From Planctomycetota bacterium (GTDB taxonomy: Bacteria; Planctomycetota; UBA1135; UBA2386): DNA of 37,052 nucleotides. Shown here piece after piece: positions 29,805 through 37,052 of this stretch. The notes below the pieces were generated by a model. It saw only the letters and a list, made by a program, of their open reading frames with translations, did not search any database and was not told the DNA's origin. Location: contig JBMHDP010000133.1 in the NCBI GenBank assembly GCA_049889335.1, forward strand, positions 1 to 37,052, written 5' to 3'. Made by a program: the position numbers and the translations under genes. Each line of letters begins with the position of its first letter. Position 1 is the stretch's first letter.

Positions 29805-31625
29805 ATGCCACGCCTCACCCTGCGCAGCCGACCGACGATCTACCTGCTCGCGATCGTCGTCGGCGCGGTCGCCGGGGTCGGCGCGCTCCTGTTCGAATAC
29901 GCCGCCGCCTGGGTCGTCCGCGTCGCGTTGGTGGGCGTCGCGGGATACGCGCCGCCGGGGCCCCACGGCGAGGCGGAGCTGCTCGGCTACGAAGGCGAGC
30001 ACCGCGTCGTCTGGTGGTGGATCGTCCTGCTGCCTGCGGCGGGATGCCTGCTGAGCGCGCAGCTCTGCGCCTGGTTCGCCCCCGAAGCGACCGGTCACGG
30101 CACCGACGCAGCGATCGACAGCTATCACAACAAGGGCGGCCGCGTTCGCGGACGCGTCCCGATCTTGAAGGGCGTCTGCAGCGCGCTCACCCTCGGGTTC
30201 GGCGGCAGCGGCGGCAAGGAAGGTCCGATCGCGCAGATCGGAGCCGGCTTCGGCTCCTTCTTGGCGCAGCGGCTCGGGCTCGGCGAGCGCGCCTGTCGCA
30301 CGCTGCTGGCAGCCGGGATGGCGGGCGGGGTCGGCGCGATCTTCCACGCGCCGTTCGCGGGGGCGCTGTTCGCGGCGGAGATCCTCTACCGCGACGCCGA
30401 GCTCGAGAGCGAGGCGGTGATCCCCGCGTTCTTGTCTTCGGCGACGGCCTACTGCGTCTTCTGCGGCTGGTTGGGGGAGTTCGGCGCGCTGTTCGAGCTC
30501 GGCGCAGGCTTCGAGTTCTCGGCGGTCGTCGAGCTGCTCCCCTACACCTTGCTGGCGCTGGTGCTGCTGCCGGCGACGTGGCTCTACGTGCGATGCTTCT
30601 ACGGCGCCGAGCGGACCCTGGGTCGGCTGCCGATCCCGAAGGCCTGCACGGCGGGCCTCGGCGGCCTGCTCACGGGCCTCGTGGCGCTGCTCGCCTGGCA
30701 GGCGCTCGACGACGAGCGCGCCCTGGCCGTGCTCAGCAGCGGCTACGGGGTGCTGCAGCAGACGCTGGACGGCGACGTCGTCGGGTGGGGCGGCGCCGGG
30801 CTGCTCCTGGTCGTCGCGTTGGGCAAGCTCGTCGCGACCTCGCTGACGATCGGCGGCGGCGGCAGCGCCGGCGTCTTCGGACCGAGCATGGTCATCGGCG
30901 GCGCGGTCGGCGGCGCGGTCGGGATCGCGTGCCACCAATGGGGGCTGGTCGAGAACCCGGCGAGCCTCTGCATCGTCGGGATGTGCGGCTTCTTCGCCGG
31001 CGCGGCGAAGACGCCGATCTCGACCATCGTGATGGTCACCGAGATGACCGGCAGCTACCAGCTGCTGCTGCCGGCGGTCTGGGTCTGCGGCCTGACGTTC
31101 TTGCTGAGTCACCGGGTCGCGCTCTACCAGAAGCAGGTGCTCAACCGCGCGCTCTCTCCGGCCCACAAAGGAGAGTACGTCGAGGCGCTGCTCGAGGACA
31201 TGACCGTGGAGGACGTGTTCGAGCCGGCCGAGGTCACGACCGTCAACTCGTCGATGCCGCTGCGCGACATCGTCCGGGTGATCGCCAAGAGCCGACAGGA
31301 CTACTTCCCTGTGATCGACGATGGCCTGTTCGTGGGCATGGTCTCGGCGCACGACGTCCGCGAGCACACCTTCGACCAGGAGATCTACCGCCTCGCGATC
31401 GCCTCCGACGTGATGTCGTCGCCGCCGATCGTGCTGCGCCCGGCAGACGATCTGCACAAGGCGCTCGAGACCTTCGACTCGATCTGGATCGACGAGCTGC
31501 CGGTCGTGGACGCGGGCGACGCCAACGTCGTGCTCGGCCGCCTCCGTCGTCGCGCGATCAACCGCGCCTACACCAAGAAGCTCGCCGAGCTGCGCGCGCT
31601 CCAGCAGGACCGTCAGGAGGAGTGA
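29805..31625 (+). CDS. CLC family chloride channel / Cl-:H+ antiporter with C-terminal CBS pair
   Basis: GHGTD, GSGGKEGP, FHAPFAGALFAAE, GGSAGVFGP, KTPISTIVMVTEMTG, then CBS domains (FPVIDD, DVMS, LPVVD). Start ATG 29805. Confidence 0.93.
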   Translation: MPRLTLRSRPTIYLLAIVVGAVAGVGALLFEYAAAWVVRVALVGVAGYAPPGPHGEAELLGYEGEHRVVWWWIVLLPAAGCLLSAQLCAWFAPEATGHGTDAAIDSYHNKGGRVRGRVPILKGVCSALTLGFGGSGGKEGPIAQIGAGFGSFLAQRLGLGERACRTLLAAGMAGGVGAIFHAPFAGALFAAEILYRDAELESEAVIPAFLSSATAYCVFCGWLGEFGALFELGAGFEFSAVVELLPYTLLALVLLPATWLYVRCFYGAERTLGRLPIPKACTAGLGGLLTGLVALLAWQALDDERALAVLSSGYGVLQQTLDGDVVGWGGAGLLLVVALGKLVATSLTIGGGGSAGVFGPSMVIGGAVGGAVGIACHQWGLVENPASLCIVGMCGFFAGAAKTPISTIVMVTEMTGSYQLLLPAVWVCGLTFLLSHRVALYQKQVLNRALSPAHKGEYVEALLEDMTVEDVFEPAEVTTVNSSMPLRDIVRVIAKSRQDYFPVIDDGLFVGMVSAHDVREHTFDQEIYRLAIASDVMSSPPIVLRPADDLHKALETFDSIWIDELPVVDAGDANVVLGRLRRRAINRAYTKKLAELRALQQDRQEE

Positions 31626-31626
31626 G

Positions 31627-32295
31627 GTGGCTGCGCTCTTCCTCACCAAGCTCCAGACCGACCCGCACCTGTTCGTCTACGTCGTCGTGACGGTCGTGCT
31701 CAGCATCACGGTGCACGAGCTGGCGCACGGCTACGCCGCGTTGCGGCTGGGCGACCCGACCCCCGAGCGCTCGGGACACTGGACGTGGAATCCGATCGTG
31801 CACATGGGCCCGACCTCGCTGGTCATGCTGCTGCTCTTCGGGATCGCGTTCGGCGCGATGCCGGTCGATCCGACGCGGCTGCGCGGCAAGCACGCCGAGG
31901 TCGTCGTCGCGCTCGCAGGGCCGCTGAGCAACCTCGCCCTCGCGCTCCTGGGCGCCTCGGGCCTCGCGGCGTGGCAGCTGGCCGTCGACGGACAGGCTGC
32001 GACACTGCTGCAGGAGAACCTGCGCCAGTTCGTGTTCGTCTTCAGCGTGATCAACCTGACGCTGGCAGCGTTCAACATGATCCCGCTGCCGCCGTTCGAC
32101 GGCGCTCACGTGCTGGCAGGTCTGGTGCCCGCCTACGGCAGGTGGCTCCGCGCGAACGCCGATCCACGCCTGCTCCTGGGCGCGTTGCTGCTGGTGTTCG
32201 TGGGCTTGAGCCAGCTGGAAGGCGGCGTCACCGGGCCGGCGTCGGCCGGCGTCGGCGCCTACCTGGAGTGGATCTACGGGCTGGCCGGGCGCTGA
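31627..32295 (+). CDS. Site-2 protease family (M50) intramembrane zinc metalloprotease
   Basis: HELAH (HExxH), GDPTP, VALAGPLSN, FNMIPLPPFDG. Starts 1 nt after the CLC stop. Confidence 0.93.
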   Translation: MAALFLTKLQTDPHLFVYVVVTVVLSITVHELAHGYAALRLGDPTPERSGHWTWNPIVHMGPTSLVMLLLFGIAFGAMPVDPTRLRGKHAEVVVALAGPLSNLALALLGASGLAAWQLAVDGQAATLLQENLRQFVFVFSVINLTLAAFNMIPLPPFDGAHVLAGLVPAYGRWLRANADPRLLLGALLLVFVGLSQLEGGVTGPASAGVGAYLEWIYGLAGR

Positions 32296-32353
32296 GCCGC
32301 GCGGGCGGATTTTGGTCACCGGTGGGGGCTCCGGCGGACTAGGAAGTGCGACG

Positions 32354-32398
32354 CATCTCGAAAAGATGTTTGGACTTTGTTTGGGTCCTGGCTACCGT
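32354..32398 (+). promoter_or_regulatory. Putative recA sigma70 promoter with overlapping repeats
   Basis: TGGACT (32371-76), 16 nt, TACCGT (32393-98). TGTTTGG x2 at 32367 and 32378. CATCT-N5-AGATG at 32354-32368. Confidence 0.45.
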
Positions 32399-32459
32399 CC
32401 TGCCAACGCGCTCGAGGGCGTAGCAAACCTGACGACGCCCTTGGGAGGGGTGATCTACG

Positions 32460-33602
<1,143 letters not shown>

Positions 33603-33631
33603 GCAACGAGCTCCTGACCCGGCCGGCTGGA

Positions 33632-33695
33632 TCCGAGGGCCCTGTGATCTAGGGGGCCTGTGTTCTAGAGGCTCTGGGCTCTAGAGGCTCTGGGC
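33632..33695. repeat. 16-bp tandem repeat, 4 units (2 exact, 2 degenerate)
   Basis: TCCGAGGGCCCTGTGA / TCTAGGGGGCCTGTGT / TCTAGAGGCTCTGGGC / TCTAGAGGCTCTGGGC. Confidence 0.8.
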
Positions 33696-34019
33696 ATCGG
33701 GACTTCGACCTCGGACTTGCGTCCTCCGCAGCCGCCGACAGCTTGCGAGCACATCACGCGGAGCGGTGGCGTGCTCGAGGGCCTAGCGAACGCGGTCGCC
33801 ACCTCTAGGCGGTTGGACCCGGGATCGCCCGCGCGGGCCGCGACAGAGTCCTCGCGCGCCGCAGGCTCGATCCAGCGATCTGTCGCGTGAGGTCGCACCC
33901 TACGCCCGCGCAAGGCGCGCCGCCGCTCGGGACTACGCACGCTGTGGCTTGGGTCGTGCCGCGCGATTGGCTACAACGTTCGCCCCGAACGCCGCCGATC
34001 GCTTGCGCGGCCTGAAGCC

Positions 34020-36707
<2,688 letters not shown>

Positions 36708-36747
36708 GGCCGGCTGGATTTCTGGCCGGGAAGGGGGCGGTCTGCCG

Positions 36748-36775
36748 TTGACATCCCCGTCCCCGACCGTAGCTT
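36748..36775 (+). promoter_or_regulatory. sigma70-type promoter for rpmF
   Basis: Perfect -35 TTGACA (36748-53), 16-nt spacer, -10 TAGCTT (36770-75). Confidence 0.7.
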
Positions 36776-36849
36776 CTTCTGCCCGCAAATCGGCCGCGGG
36801 GCGGCGCGACGGTTCGTGACCCGCTCCCCTGGCCCGCACAAGACCTCCC

Positions 36850-37038
36850 ATGGCAACCCCCAAGCGCAAGATCAGCCGGTCCCAACGCGGCAACCGTCGT
36901 TCGCACCAGGCGCTGGCTCGCACCCAGCTTGTCCGCTGCACGCACTGCGGCGCGATGATCCGCCCGCACACGATCTGCAAGTCCTGCGGGCACTACCGCG
37001 GACGGCAGATCCTCGTCGCGAACAACCCGAGCAACTGA
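36850..37038 (+). CDS. rpmF: 50S ribosomal protein L32 (zinc-ribbon form)
   Basis: MATPKRKISRSQRGNRRSH, CTHC...RPHTICKSCGHYRGR. Confidence 0.97.
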   Translation: MATPKRKISRSQRGNRRSHQALARTQLVRCTHCGAMIRPHTICKSCGHYRGRQILVANNPSN

Positions 37039-37052
37039 CGGCGCCTTCGGCG

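Noticed and set aside
33632-33695. Possible CRISPR array
   Set aside because: The units are 16 bp and abutting, with no spacers and no cas genes.
33665-33940. 91-aa minus-strand ORF or recX in the recA-alaS gap
   Set aside because: Low-complexity Arg/Ala/Pro sequence on the wrong strand, with no RecX features visible.

Overview
High-GC bacterial window, most likely Planctomycetota. The assignment is inferred from a DUF1592/DUF1552 pair, an ECF sigma factor coupled to a Ser/Thr kinase, and a DUF6288-like protein. It holds about 20 CDS plus a possible partial gene at the left edge. The left 30 kb is accessory and mostly exported proteins: an ECF-STK signalling pair, a PDZ + alpha/alpha protein, an orphan gcvP, a TPR-like/redoxin lipoprotein, a translationally coupled LVIVD + YVTN beta-propeller pair, a BNR/VPS10 propeller with an inserted PDZ domain, a K+ channel, a tricorn-like S41 protease, DUF1552/DUF1592 and an ASPIC/UnbV FG-GAP lipoprotein. 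The right end is housekeeping: CLC transporter, site-2 protease, recA, alaS, rpmF. I saw no tRNA, rRNA, CRISPR array or mobile element. The signals not explained by the gene calls are: (i) a near-identical 16-mer TAG(G/C)ATGCGTCGATGC at two unrelated gene starts, within a broader leaderless-promoter pattern; (ii) a 417-bp recA-alaS spacer with 16-bp tandem repeats and consecutive hairpins; (iii) direct and inverted repeats over the recA promoter; (iv) the His-rich propeller pair as a candidate uncharacterised metalloenzyme system. Family names come from motif recognition, not database searches.
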